Shown here: positions 26,925 through 40,100 of the stretch, one piece after another | Numbering within the stretch: the stretch's first letter is position 1 | Layout: the number at the start of each line of letters is the position of its first letter | NCBI GenBank assembly: GCA_964016885.1 | Contig: OZ024741.1 | Location: 348,006,001-348,070,000 of the forward strand | Direction of reading: 5' to 3' | Length of the DNA stretch: 64,000 nt | Source of the DNA: Eledone cirrhosa | Taxonomy: Eukaryota | The notes under the pieces: generated by a model | Database searches by the model: none | Seen by the model: the letters and a program-made list of their open reading frames with translations, nothing else | What the model was told of the DNA's origin: nothing | Made by a program: the position numbers and the translations under genes

Positions 26925-27825
26925 GAATTACATTAAAAGATATAAACTTACTCTCATATGAGTTACTCCAACTTGAAAATTAACAAAGAGAGCATAAGGT
27001 AACGAACGAAAACAAGGCCAAACGAAAAACAATATTTTTAAAGGGGAAACCTTAGCATGATATTTGTTGAAAATAAAAATACAAACGAAAGACGCAAAAC
27101 TCTAGGTTCATCGGCTGTTAAATGGACTTTGGCAGTTTCGACCCATACCAACTATACTGCTGATTCACTTTGGGTCACAGTGTCAGACACAAGACAAAGC
27201 GATGTTTAGTGGGACAAGGGATGACACAAAACAGTAGTTTATCGCAATTAATCTTGGCCAAGTATACATAGAAATTTTACGTGACGTCAGGGGAAAGGTA
27301 TTGTAAATTTACAGTACGAAAATGTCATGAGCGAAACAAAGAAAAGAAGGAAGAAAAAGGGATGTATACAAAGGAAAGAAGTAAGATATCGTGTTAAAAA
27401 ATGTGAGCCATTGAAATAGATGTGGGAGAAGTTATAAAGCATCCGTCACAGATTAGTAATGACAAACCTATGAAAATTAACAAAGAGAGGACAATACAAC
27501 GAACGAAGAAAAGGCAAAGTGAAAAAAAAATGTTAAAGGGAAACATTAAAATATTATTTTTTAAAGAATGAAAATACAAACGAAAGACACAGAACTCCAG
27601 GATTCAATACAGATACTTCAACAACGAATTACATTAAGATATGTAAACTTACTCTCACATGAGTTACTCACCCTGGAGAATTAACAAAGAGAGGATAAGA
27701 TAACGAACGAAAACAACGCAAAACGAAAAACATTTTTTTTTAAGGGGAAACCTTAAAACATTATATATTTTTTAAATAAGTATACATACGAAAGACACAG
27801 AACCCGGGGTCTTCGGCCGTTCAGC
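26925..27825 (+). repeat. Three diverged direct repeats (~130-190 bp)
   Basis: ATTAACAAAGAGAG..AACGAACGAA..GGGAAAC..ATACAAACGAAAGAC at ~26925-27110, ~27475-27605 and ~27626-27825. Confidence 0.7.
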
Positions 27826-28056
27826 TGGACTATGCATATATTGATATCGTTTTGTGAAGGTTGTGTTCCTATACTTCAAGCGTGTTAATGTTATAAAAAA
27901 GATTTAGAAAAGGTAGTATATATATATATATATATATAAGCAGAGTTGACTAGACATAAAATGGGAAAAGAATAAGAGAGTACTTTATCTGCTAATGGAT
28001 TAAATTATGTGAAACAAATGATATTGTACGCGGAAATAAAGGAAAATTTAGAAGTG

Positions 28057-28094
<38 letters not shown>

Positions 28095-28096
28095 CA

Positions 28097-28146
<50 letters not shown>

Positions 28147-28147
28147 C

Positions 28148-28212
<65 letters not shown>

Positions 28213-28468
28213 TGTGTGTGTAACTCCTTATTCAAACTTTTAATGCTATACTACCTGCTATATATCCAATTTGAGTTGCTAAGACCAATTTCCCTATAGA
28301 AAATTACGCTTTTCTCCAGACTCTAAAATGACACGTTACGGCATAGGATCTACTATTTCGCACTCATTAAATTTGATGTAATGACAACTTACACACAAAA
28401 ATTTCAGAAAGACTGTGTGAGAGATTGTGTTATGGTATAAGTTGTCACTGTTGTTTTAGTTGTTGTAG

Positions 28469-28527
<59 letters not shown>

Positions 28528-29853
28528 TTCATTTATCTTACTTTATGTTTATACGAGTTAACACCAAGTCACAACCAGTGACCTCAAGAGACAACAAGGT
28601 CCACCATGTTCAAGAAAGAACATACATACTCACACATGCATCCTTAGTGTTTAGACTTGTGACGTACTTATATTGACAGAATCTTCCTTAGTATATGGGC
28701 AGTTCCCATTAGTACTATCTTTTGTATTTCTCCTATACGCGGGTTTCCTGGGATTTGCGATAAGTAATCATGAGACCCCTTCGGTATCATTCCCAGAGCG
28801 CCTACAACCACTGGTATTGTTTTAGTTCTCAATTTCCACATTTTTCCAATTTCTATCTCCAGGTCCTTATACTTGCTCAATTTTTCAAATGTTTTTATAG
28901 ATACATTCTTGTCTATTGGAACAGACATATCATTTAGCAGGCATACCCTCTTTTTAAAGTCCTTCAATATTATATCAGGTCTATTTGCATCTATTTTTCG
29001 GTCTTTTTGGATGCTAAAGTTCCACAAGATTGAGATGTGATATTTTTCAAGTATGGGTGGTGGTTGATGCTCCCACCAATTCTTTTGATGGGGCACGTCA
29101 AAATGCTTACACATTATCCAATGTATGTATTGTGCAGCTCTGTCATGCCTGTTTAGGTATTCGGTTGGAGCTATAGGACTGCACATTGAAATGATATGGT
29201 CAATGGTCTCTGGTTGTTTTTTGCATACACGGCATAATGGGCTGCATTCATTTTTTATTATGTTGGCTTGATAATTTTTTGTTGGCAGACACTGATCTTG
29301 TGCTGATATAATCAGTCCTTCAGTCTCCGATTTCAGTCCAGAGGATGCCAACCACTGATGGGTTAAAGTTTTGTCAACATCAGGATTGTTAGCTCGCTCT
29401 GGGTATTTTCCATACAGAGGCTTTTCTTGCCATTTCTTAGCCAGTTTCTGTAGCAGTTCTTTCTTTGCAGTTACTTTTACCTGCTTTGCTTTTTCTGTGT
29501 TTTCCATTTCAGCAGTAAATGGGACTTCTGAAATTTGTAGTCCATTACTGTATCTTTGTGTATCTTTTGTAATGGAATATCATCTTTTGATGCTTTCGTG
29601 TTTCAAAACGAGTTTGATCATCCAATCATGTGATTCCCTTAGATATGTAGATAATCCAATTGTTGCAGTTTTCAACGCAATGTCTAACTGGATTAACCCA
29701 CGTCCTCCTTCTTTCCTAGGGAGATATATTCTATCTATATCTGCCTTAGGGTGATGCATTCTGTGCATGGTTAAGAATTTTCGAATTTTTGTATCGAGCC
29801 TACGGATCTCTGTGCTTGACCAGTTGATGACATTGTAATTGTAGGTTACTACT
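28528..29853 (-). mobile_element. 5'-truncated R4/Dong-like non-LTR element (family A)
   Basis: ORFs 29580-29984 (RIYLPRKEGGRGL) and 28668-29507 (CRVC..ETIDHI..C, RHD, RPDI, K..KY). (TAT)n on both sides. Confidence 0.92.
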
Positions 29854-29909
<56 letters not shown>

Positions 29910-29911
<2 letters not shown>

Positions 29912-32900
29912 AGTTGCATTTATCTTGCTTTATGTACATACGAGTTATCACCAAGTCACAACCAGTGACCTCCAGAGACAACAATGTCCGCCATGTTCAA
30001 GAAAGAACACACATATACACACATGCATCTTTAGGTGTTTAGACTTGTGAGGTACTTATATTGACAGAATCTTCCTTAGTATATGGGCAGTTCCCATTAG
30101 TACTATCTTTTGTATTACTCCTATACGCGGGTTTCCTGGGATTTGCGATAAGTAATCATTAGTCCCATTAGGTATCATTCCTATAACGCCTACAACCATT
30201 GGTATTGTGTTACTTCTCAATTTCCACATTTTTCCAATTTCTATCTCCAGGTCCTTATACATGCTCAATTTTTTAAATGTTTTTATAGATACATTCTTGT
30301 CTATTGGAACGGACATATCAATTAGCAGGAATACCCTCTTTTTAAAGTCCTTCAGTATTATATCAGGTCTATTTGATTCTATTTTTCGGTCTGTTTGGAT
30401 GCTAAAGTTCCACAAGATTGAGAAGTGATCATTTTCAAGTACGGGAGGTGGTTGATGCTCCCACCAATTCTTTTGATGGGGCAGGTCAAAATGCTTACAC
30501 ATTATCCAATGTATGTATTGTGCAGCTCTGTCGTGCCTGTTTATGTATTCGGTTGGGGCTATAGGACTGCACATTGAAATTATCTGATCAATTGTCTCTG
30601 GTTGTTTTTTACCTACACGGCATAATCGGTTGCATACATTTTTTATTATGTTGGCTTGATAATTTTTTGTTGGCAGACACTGATCTTGTGCTGATATAAT
30701 CAGTCCTTCAGTCTCCGATTTCAGTCCATAGGATGCCAACCACTGTTGGGTTAAAGTTTTGTCAACATCAGGATTGTTAGCTCTCTCTGGGTATTTTCGA
30801 TACAGAGGCTTTTCTTGCCATTTCTTAGCCAGTTTCTGTAGCAGTTCTTTCTTTGCAGTTACTTTTACCTGCTTTGCTTTTTCTGTGTTTTCCATTTCAG
30901 CAGTAAATGGGACTTCTGAAATTTGTAGTCCATTACTGTATCTTTGTGCATCTTTTGTAATGGAATATCATCTTTTGATGCTTTCGTGTTTCAAAACGAG
31001 TTTGATCATCCAAACATGTGATTCCCTTAGATATGTAGATAATCCAATTGTTGCAGTTTTCAACGCAATGTCTAACTGGATTAACCCACGTCCTCCTTCT
31101 TTCCTAGGGAGATATATTCTATCTATATCTGCCTTAGGGTGATGCATTATGTGCATGGTTAAGAATTTTCGAATGTTTGTATCGAGCCTACGGATCTCTG
31201 TGCTTGACCAGTTGATGACATTGTAACAGAAGGTTACTACTGGTATGGCAAGCATGTTTATGGCATCGATCCTATTCTTTGCATTCAATTCCGTTCTTAA
31301 GATTGCTCTTACTCTGCGGTAACATTCCTTCCTTATCCTTTCCGTCATTGTCGAGTGCTTGATTCCGTTTCCTTCACAAACACCTAGATATTTGTAAGTT
31401 TTTTCTCGATCAAATTCTCTTATCACGTTCCCCCGATCAAGATTAATGTCTGAACACTTCAGCAGCTTTCCTCTGGTGAACGTTGCTTTGGCGCATTTAT
31501 TTAGTCCAAGCTCCATGTTAATGTCATCACTGAACTGCTCGACAGTGGATAATAGCCCTTGCAATTGTTCATCAATTTTTGCAAATAGTTTCAGGTCATC
31601 CATGTAGAACAAGTGATTAATGGTTTTGTCATAGACTTTACATCCATGTTTTGTTTCATTTAGCATTTTACTTAATGGTATAAGTGCGATGCAGAATAAA
31701 AGCGGTGATAAAAAGTCACCCTGAAAAATTCCACAATTAATATTCACTTCTCCAGCTTCCAGTGATTTTGTTTCACTATTCAAAAGGAGTGTCGTTTTCC
31801 ATGCCTTCATACTGAATGACAAAAACCTCCTGACAACGGGGGATATTTTAAAAATCTCTAAACATTTTTCAATCCAACTGTGTGGCAAACTATCGAATGC
31901 TTTTTTATAATCTATCCAAGCAATCGATAGATTTTTGTGTCTATTATGACAATCTTCCAGTATCATTTTGTTAACCAGAAGCTGATCCTTACAGCCATAT
32001 GAGCCTCGTTTACACCCTTTCTGCTCAATGGGAAATAGGTCATTTGTTATCAGGTGGTCATATGTGTATTCAGTTAGGACTGATGTTAAAATGTTATACA
32101 TTGTGGTCAAGCAAGTTATCGGTCTGTAATTTTTGGGATTGTTTGTCTCATCATTCTTCGGAAGCAGGAATGTAATGCCGTTAACTAGCCATGATGGTAT
32201 CTTTTCTGGCTCCTTAACTATTTCATTGTAAAGTTGGGCTAACAGCTCATGGGACTCTGTGAAGGCATTTATCCAAAATTTTTGTATTTTGTCTTTTCCT
32301 GGGGATTTCCATTTGCTGGTTTTTCTTAGAGCCAATCGCAACTGTTCAACTGTGATATTTTCCCATATTTGTTCCTCAAGGTGAGCTGTATCTTTCATTT
32401 CTCTGTCTATCCATGGGGCATGTATGTTATGAACTTTTTCTTCGGCCCAGATCTTTTCCCAGAATTCTTGCACTTCCTCCTTGGGTGGTATTGATTTAGC
32501 AGTTATTGTTGACTTACCAATTTTTCTGTAGAAGTTTCTTTGGATGTTTTTGAACATATTATTGTCCTTATAGAATCTAGATCGTTTTTCAAAGCGCCTT
32601 ATACGAGCAGACTTGGCCGACACTTTTTGCTTGATTATTTCTATCAGCATGTCTATTTCACATGTTGATTTTATACTGTACTTTTTTTTCAATTTTCTAA
32701 GTTTAGTTTGTTTAACATGTTCACCTACTTTAGAGTTTGTTAAAATTTCTATGTCAGATCGGAGAAGGTTTATTTGGCGATTGATGTTCTCTTGCCAAGT
32801 AGATTTCTTGTGGGAATTCCTTTGTTTTTTCGTCTTCACTCCACATAAGTGAGTGGTGACTTTAGCCGATGCATAATAGAGATGATTTAAATCAGTAATG

Positions 32901-33870
32901 TTTAGTTTGTTTGTGATGATAATGTTTTTGAGAATTATGTTAGTATTGTGTATTATCTTTTGGTTCTGTTTGGAGTTCTGGATCTTAGGGAGGGTGTCAC
33001 GTTGCCCCATGTCAGATTCTTTCATTTTCATCCATTCGATCATAATTTCATCCTTCAAGTTGGCAAGTTCATTCTCATTCATTTCTTTATCATTTACGAT
33101 CTCATTACTTTCATTTGGAGTTTCATCCTGAGCATGCACACCCTCCACTTTTTCGATCCTTTCTTTAATTTGTTCTGTTGCCAGTGATTCCGCCCCAACC
33201 CTGGGGTTCGAAGTGTTACAGTTTACCTCGTTTTCACTGACACATGTTTCATTTTCCCTTCGCTGACTTTGTGCTAATAGCTTGATCTGATCAATTTCTA
33301 TATCAGTTAGTAACTTTTTTCTTACAATATTTCTTCGTATATTGGCTAGTTTGTTACTGTCAATATAGCCTCTGTTTTCGGGATGTTTCTTTTTCCAGTT
33401 GATATATGTCTGTTCTGTATTCGATGTATTTGATGGGTAGTACATGGCAGTGTAGAAAGCCTCAAGGACTTCTTTATTATCTTCCCTTGACCATTTTTCT
33501 CTCTTTTTCTTTGGATTTCTTGGTGGTGAGCATGGAGGGCCAACAGTAGGAGTATTCCGGTTATGGGAGGTCTGCAGCTCCGAAGTGATGGGAAGGTTTG
33601 AACCATTAGCTGATTTTTCGACCCCAGTCTGGTACCTCTCTGAGGGACGCGGCCCTTTTTTACCCGGGTGACGGCCTATCCGGTATGAGATTTTATCATT
33701 AGACATTTACTTTATTTTGTCGCGTTTTATCCTTATCTGCCAAGGGGTAATCATTTCGTGTTACCACTTCTAGAACGAGTGTCAACCAAGACTAGAGGGG
33801 TCGTTCTCCCCTAGAGACACGGCTATTCCCTGCCGGCCGCCATCCCGGTATTTCTTGGTCACGGGGTTTT
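29910..33870 (-). mobile_element. Near full-length R4/Dong-like non-LTR element (family A)
   Basis: N-terminal KWS.EDN..(Myb-like) region, RT (NYRPITCL, WIDYKKAFDS, GIFQGD, HLFYMDDLKL), zinc knuckle and PD-(D/E)xK RLE. The 3' end abuts (TAT)n; the 5' boundary is uncertain. Confidence 0.92.
30056..33706 (-). pseudogene. R4/Dong RT-RLE polyprotein split by one in-frame TGA at 30968-30970
   Basis: ORFs 30968-33706 (912 aa) and 30056-30895 (279 aa) are in the same frame, with an open 72 nt between them. Confidence 0.85.
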
Positions 33871-35125
33871 CTTTTTGTTGTTTTTTTAAAAATTGTTATT
33901 ATCATGAGTGGTTCCTTAATTTGAGCATTGCATGGCTTAAGAATGAAATTATTAATAACTGTCTCCACTCCAGGCACAAGGCCCGCAATCACCCAGTGCA
34001 TTACAATAATATAATATACTTTTTGCTGTAGTTGCCTGTTATTGTTGTTGGCTATGTCGGTGGTGGTGCCGGGGATTTTTATATTGTTGGTGAGGAAGGG
34101 GTGAGCCAGTATTCCCATAGTTGTTGATGTTGACGTTTGGCCGGTGGCCAGGTCACTAAGTCAATCTATTGATATCTTTTGCTAGCCTCTCCCTTGTCTA
34201 GTGATACCGCCACCTTCCCCTTTCTCTCTCAAGTTAACAGGGGAATAGTGGTGGTAGCAATGAAGGAGGGGTGGCGGCGGCGATGGGATAGTGGTAGCAA
34301 TATGATGGATGCTGTGGTGGCGCCGGTGGCGTTGTGGTTACTGGGTTTTGTGATATGTAGTATCTATGAGTTTGTGTTCGTATGTTTGATATATATTGTG
34401 TTGACATATTGCCGTAAAATTGGAATTAAACATTTTGTTAAAATTTGAGACAATAATAATAGTAATTATTATTATCATGCCGGGATTGATGGTGGTGGTG
34501 GTGAAATTGCCGTTATCTAGCTGTTATATTTAGTGTGATGGGATAGGTGGTGTATCAAGTTTCTGGTGTTGGTGAAGTTGCTGTTATTTGGCTGTTCTAT
34601 ATAGTGTACACAGAGGGTGTTTTCTTCCATTTATAACCATTTTCTTTTTTTGAATACAAAATATATAATACAATATTGAATATTTGAGCGATATAACAAT
34701 ATAATATGGATCCGAAATTTTATGGGACTTCATTCGGTGGGTTATGCATTTGTACTAAGAATTGTTATTTCACAATTGATTTAAATATGTTAAAAATCAA
34801 AAACTTACGGGAGCGATTTCATGACTTTCTACCACCTCGTGCGTCTTCTTCCCTTCTTCTTCCCTTCTTCCCTTATTATTATTATTATTATTATGATTAT
34901 TATTATTATTGAATGTTATGGTTGACGGAGGCTCGGCTCTGTAAGGTACTGTAAATTTTGAACGCTTTAACAATTGTAAATTGTTTAAAACTTAGACCAA
35001 CTTGTAGACAAAAACACCCTCCTCCTCGTGAGAGGGGTCTTTCTGCCCGCTATTTGGCCCTTCGGGGTTAAATAACTGCTTATTGGGGTTTTGTACCCAA
35101 TATTTATTTTTAACAAAAAAACAAC

Positions 35126-37153
35126 ATGGCTACGAAAAAGAATTTGCATAGGTCACTCCCACTCATTCCGTCTTCTTTTTCCTCAATCGTCACTACAGCA
35201 GAGAGAAGATTGTCTCTCTCCCTCCCTTCTCTTTCGCAAGCGACGAAAGAAAATAAAAGTCTCGTGCAAAGCGTGCAAGGTTTCTCCACGACGACGACGA
35301 CAGCGACGAAACAGGTGTGCGGTAAATACGAAAACCCAGTTCATTCGTCTGACGTCAGGAATAATAGCAGTAGCAGCCGTAATAACAACAGCAACAGTGA
35401 CAATGAAAACAACAGTAGCAGCCGCAACAGCATCACCAGCAGCATAAACAACAACAGCATTAGCAGCAGCAACACCTACAACAACAACCACAGCAACAGC
35501 GGCGGAGGCAGTAGTCGTAGTACCTGCAGCAACAACAAAAGTACCAGCAGCTGTGACGACAACAACAACAACAGCAGCAGAGAAAAATCAATCTCATTTG
35601 CAGGTATTGCGAAAAACTTGGAAACAATCCTCATAACAAATGAGGAATTAGAGGAAGCGAAGAAGATGGTGACAAAGAACGGATACCGAGCAATCTGCAA
35701 GGCAGCGGAAAATTTGTTCGAAACCCAACAGCACTGTACGGTCACGTACCGTACAGTAAGTACAAAATCCCGTAGGGTGGAAAGAGCCACAGAGGCTCAA
35801 ATACAAAAAGCCTTGGGGTCTGTGTGGCAGCGGAAAACGCACATCACCCGAGGCAAAAAATATGCCACCGTAGACGTACTTTTTGCCACACCCCAGGAGG
35901 CAAAGGCCCAATCCGTAGTGACCCTAAGGAGCGAGGAAATGCTGTTGGTGCCCTCCTACTGCGGGCAAAAAATTGTGAGGGTCAAACTGACCCACGTCCC
36001 CCCCGGAATGGCCCCTTCTTGGCTGGCCGCGTCTGTCCTCGTCGGAATCGAGGACATAACAACTGTACTGCAAGTACAGAAAAAAGTAAGAGAAGATTGG
36101 GTCGGCAGCTCCATTGAGATGCTAATCCAAACCAACCAGGAGTGCATCGAAGCTATCCCGGATGTGATAGACTTCGATAACGGCACTGAACTGCCCATAA
36201 GTGTTGAGGGAAAACGCCCGAAATGCTTTCGCTGTGGATCGAAGACTCACCTCAGGGCCTTCTGCAACGAGAAGACCCTGAGAAAGGAGAAACACCCCCT
36301 CCTTCCGAAACCGGCTCCACGGCTACCAGCAACAGGACAAGCGGCAACCAGGAACGATAGGTCCGTGGCACCCATACCCACGCTACGGAAATCAAAAACA
36401 GCAGCAGCAGTGGAAATATTAACAACAACAACAGCAATACCAAATGCAGCTGCAACAGAGACTCCAGTGCAAACATCACCAACAACAACAAGTGAAAGAG
36501 TGGAGCTGGTACCCCTCCCCGACCTCACAGAATCAGACATGGAGTGTGAGGTGGGAGAGAGATGGCAAAAGGTCGTAAGAAGGCACACACGCAGAAGCAG
36601 CGCATCGTCGCCTTTAAAAAGGGAGGAAAGAAATGAGAAAAGGGTAAAGTCTACTGCAAAGAGACCCACAGCAGCAACACCACCAACACCATCACCACCC
36701 ACACTAGCACCACCACCACAAGCACCAATATCGCAAACACAACAAAACACACACACCCAGCAACAACGACAAGAAAATAGCAGAACCACACCCCACCCCC
36801 AGAAAAACAAATGCACGGCAATAAACACACACAACAAGAAACTAATGACTTACATAATTGAACACACAGACATTTCACAACACGACTACATAATACCAGC
36901 ACCAATCAAAACGCCAACTAACATAACACTGCTAAAAATAGCACAGAAACAATACACAAACATTAAAACGAAATTCCCCAACGCAGTTGGTGATTTCAGA
37001 GACCTAGGAGGAACTATCAATCGAAGAGTATATTCAGACATTCTCTTAGAAGAGCCGACGACCAGCCGAAGGTACGATTCAACGGTCCCTTCACCAGACG
37101 ATCAAGTGAAAAGGGATGTAAAAACCATCCCTCCTCTACGAAAAGTACGGTAA
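35126..37153 (+). CDS. Tx1-like ORF1 nucleic-acid-binding protein (675 aa)
   Basis: Open 675 codons with CCHC knuckle CFRCGSKTHLRAFC, SFAGIAK motif and low-complexity N/S and P/T tracts, upstream of ORF2. Confidence 0.85.
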   Translation: MATKKNLHRSLPLIPSSFSSIVTTAERRLSLSLPSLSQATKENKSLVQSVQGFSTTTTTATKQVCGKYENPVHSSDVRNNSSSSRNNNSNSDNENNSSSRNSITSSINNNSISSSNTYNNNHSNSGGGSSRSTCSNNKSTSSCDDNNNNSSREKSISFAGIAKNLETILITNEELEEAKKMVTKNGYRAICKAAENLFETQQHCTVTYRTVSTKSRRVERATEAQIQKALGSVWQRKTHITRGKKYATVDVLFATPQEAKAQSVVTLRSEEMLLVPSYCGQKIVRVKLTHVPPGMAPSWLAASVLVGIEDITTVLQVQKKVREDWVGSSIEMLIQTNQECIEAIPDVIDFDNGTELPISVEGKRPKCFRCGSKTHLRAFCNEKTLRKEKHPLLPKPAPRLPATGQAATRNDRSVAPIPTLRKSKTAAAVEILTTTTAIPNAAATETPVQTSPTTTSERVELVPLPDLTESDMECEVGERWQKVVRRHTRRSSASSPLKREERNEKRVKSTAKRPTAATPPTPSPPTLAPPPQAPISQTQQNTHTQQQRQENSRTTPHPQKNKCTAINTHNKKLMTYIIEHTDISQHDYIIPAPIKTPTNITLLKIAQKQYTNIKTKFPNAVGDFRDLGGTINRRVYSDILLEEPTTSRRYDSTVPSPDDQVKRDVKTIPPLRKVR

Positions 37154-37188
37154 GTGGTCTTTCCCATCTTTTCCACTCTATTTTAAAC

Positions 37189-40100
37189 ATGACCTCACTC
37201 AGAATAGGCAGCATAAATGCGCGTGGCTTGGGGTCGTCATGGAAGCAGGGTCATCTGCTCAACGACCTCAGGTTACTAAACATAGATGTAGTGGCCATCA
37301 GCGAGACCAGAATCTCTGAAGCACGGGCCTTCGCACCGATCTTCGGCGGCTACGATGTGTACGCATCTCCCAGCCGTCCTGGATCGGGGGGGAGGAGTTG
37401 CTGTGCTTTTTCGGAGAGGTTTGGATCTCGCCATACGGGCCATCTTCCTGGACCCAGAGGGTAAGCTGGTGGTGCTGGACGTGACCAGCGGAGACGGGCA
37501 TGCTTTCAGGCTAGTGGCCGTCTATTCCCCGACAGGAGCAGGGCGACCTGATTTGTTCCGGCGTCTGGAGACCTTTCTTGGAACGTCCCGCTCTTTAGTG
37601 TTAGTGGGCGACTGGAACGGGATCTTAGATGCACGCTGGGACTGTGTGGGATTAGCGGATAGGGGTGGAGGGTGCAAGAGCCTCACCAACCTGCTCAGGC
37701 GTTTTGAACTGTCTGACAGGTACCGATTGGATTTCCCGAATGTGCCAATGTGGACTTGGACAAATCGTATAGGGTCATCCAGATCATATCTAGATAGAGT
37801 ATTTTGTAGGGAAATAGATAGGTCTAGCATAGGCTGTCCACAATTCAAGATAGTCAGCTACACGGACCACAAATTCGTGATCTGTGTGCTTGACTTAGAT
37901 AGGCTTCATAGACGAGGACCCGGCTACTGGAAGCTAAACGCGTGCTTACCAGCGCGCAAGGCCTACAGAGACCGGATTAGCGAACTAGTTAAGCGGGCGT
38001 TGACGGGGGCCATCGTCAACAACAAGTGGTGGTTTGCTTTGAAAAGAGCGATTAGAATAGAATCGATTAGGTTTAGTAAGGCTTTAGCAATAGAGAAAAA
38101 TAGAGCAGAGGGAGAACTAGTTAGAAAATTAGACGAGGCGCTTAGCAAAGGCATTGCGACCGACGTGTTTGCGGCGAAATTGGCCCTTGACCAATTCTTC
38201 AATGCAAAGCACGAAGGCTGCGTTGTCAGAGCAAGGGTATGTGCTCTCAGACACGAGGGGACGAAAGCCGCTCAATGGGCCCGAGTGGCGGAGGCACGTC
38301 GTGGCAACAAAGCCACGATCCGGTCTTTGGTGGACCACGACGGGCGCATGCTACTCGATCCCGGGCAAATGTGTGAAGCTTTTCAGCGACACTTCGCTCA
38401 GCTGTTCGGGGGCAGCGGTGGGCCGGGTAGAGGGATGGACTTTAGTGTCTACCTCGACGGACTGCCGCGGCTCTCGGCCACTGAGGCGAAGTGTTGCGAA
38501 AAGCCGATAACAGCCGCTGAAGTAAGGGAGGCAATGACTGGCTGCACAAGGGGTAAATCGCCTGGTTTGGATGGTCTGCCCTATGAACTTTACGTACAGA
38601 TGTCAGACTTGTTCGGAGGCCTCTTGGCGGACGTCTACTGCAACTGGCAACAGAAGGGGAGAATTCCCAGTTCTGTGAGCCGAGGAGCGGTGGCACTGCT
38701 GAGAAAGGATCCGAACAAGGGGGATAACATAGATAATTTCCGGCCCATAACTCTGCTAAACACAGAGTTCAAGATTTTGGCCAAGGTGCTAGCAAAGAGG
38801 TTGGCGCTTGTCGTTGGTGGTCTGGTGGGAGAGGCGCAGACATGCGCCATTCCCGACAGATCCATCCACGACAACCTCCACCTCATGCGATACATCATAG
38901 AGAGGGTAGCTAGTGAACCTGGCACGGGTGGGTCCTTGATCAATTTAGATCAGTCGAAAGCTTTCGATAGGGTCGACCATCGTTACCTAGCGGCAGTCCT
39001 GAGGGCGGCTGGTTTTGGGCCCGTCTTCAGCGGCTGGATCGCTGCCATGCACAGCGACATCTGCTCTGTGGTGAGAGTGAACGGTCACCTGTCGGAACCG
39101 TTCAACATCATGCGCTCGGTCCGCCAAGGATGTCCTCTCTCGTCCCTCTTGTACGTATTGACTCTCGAGCCATTACTGCACAAACTGGAGACGTTGAGGG
39201 GAGTCCCGCGCGAACTAGGATGCGGAAGATCCGTGTCAGCATATGCGGACGATGTCACCGTAGTGGTGTCGAACGCCAAACACATCGAGGCGATCGGCAC
39301 TACACTAAGAGAATACGAAGCGGTGACAGAAGCAATGATCAACCAGGAAAAGTCAGTGGGCCTGCAGCTCGGCACCTGGAGAGGCAGGTCCATGCCGTCC
39401 AACAGCGTCGTCGGACGCTGGACGGACGGACCGGTTAAATTGCTAGGGGTCTGGTTCGGTTCGGACCTCCAGACGGACAAAAACTGGGACGAGGTGACGA
39501 GCAGGGTGGCTTCTCTCACCCAAAAATGGGCGGAGAGGAAGCTATCCCTGAAAGGTCGAGCGGAGGTGGCTAACGCGTACATCGCGTCTGTCATCTGCTA
39601 CCGACTGACCGTCGTACCTTGTCCTAAGCCTCGCCTGTCTGCGCTGGAGCGTTTGCTCTTTCGCTTTTTGTGGAAGGGACGTGCTCCGATGGTCAGGCGG
39701 TCCATCTGTTGTCAACACCCGCTACGTGGAGGGCTGGGCATGCCGTGGCTGATGATGCGCAGGCACGCGCTCAGGCTACGACATCTCCACCTCTTCCTCG
39801 ACGGTGATCAGGTGTGGTCGCCGTTTGCTAGACACGTATTTCCCCAGCTCGTTTCCTTGACGGAGCTGCAGTCCTGGGTCAAGCGAAGACCGAGACGGAG
39901 CGCCTTGAGAATGGAATGTCTTCAGGCGCTCACAGCCCTCGACCAATCGGGCAATGTGATCGGTGGAAACTCCACCTCGGCGTTCTATAGAGGATTAGTG
40001 GAGGGGAAGAGCGACGACGCACTTGGGGAAACTTTAGGCGTCGACGAAAATCAACTAGCCAATCTCTTCGGAAGAACTTTCGGGCCAGGGCCTATGGACA

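Noticed and set aside
39085-39594. Antisense ORFs repeated in Tx1 copies (also 57315-57824, 63130-63483) and in Dong/PLE copies
   Set aside because: These are shadows of sense-strand coding in GC-richer sequence, with no independent motifs.
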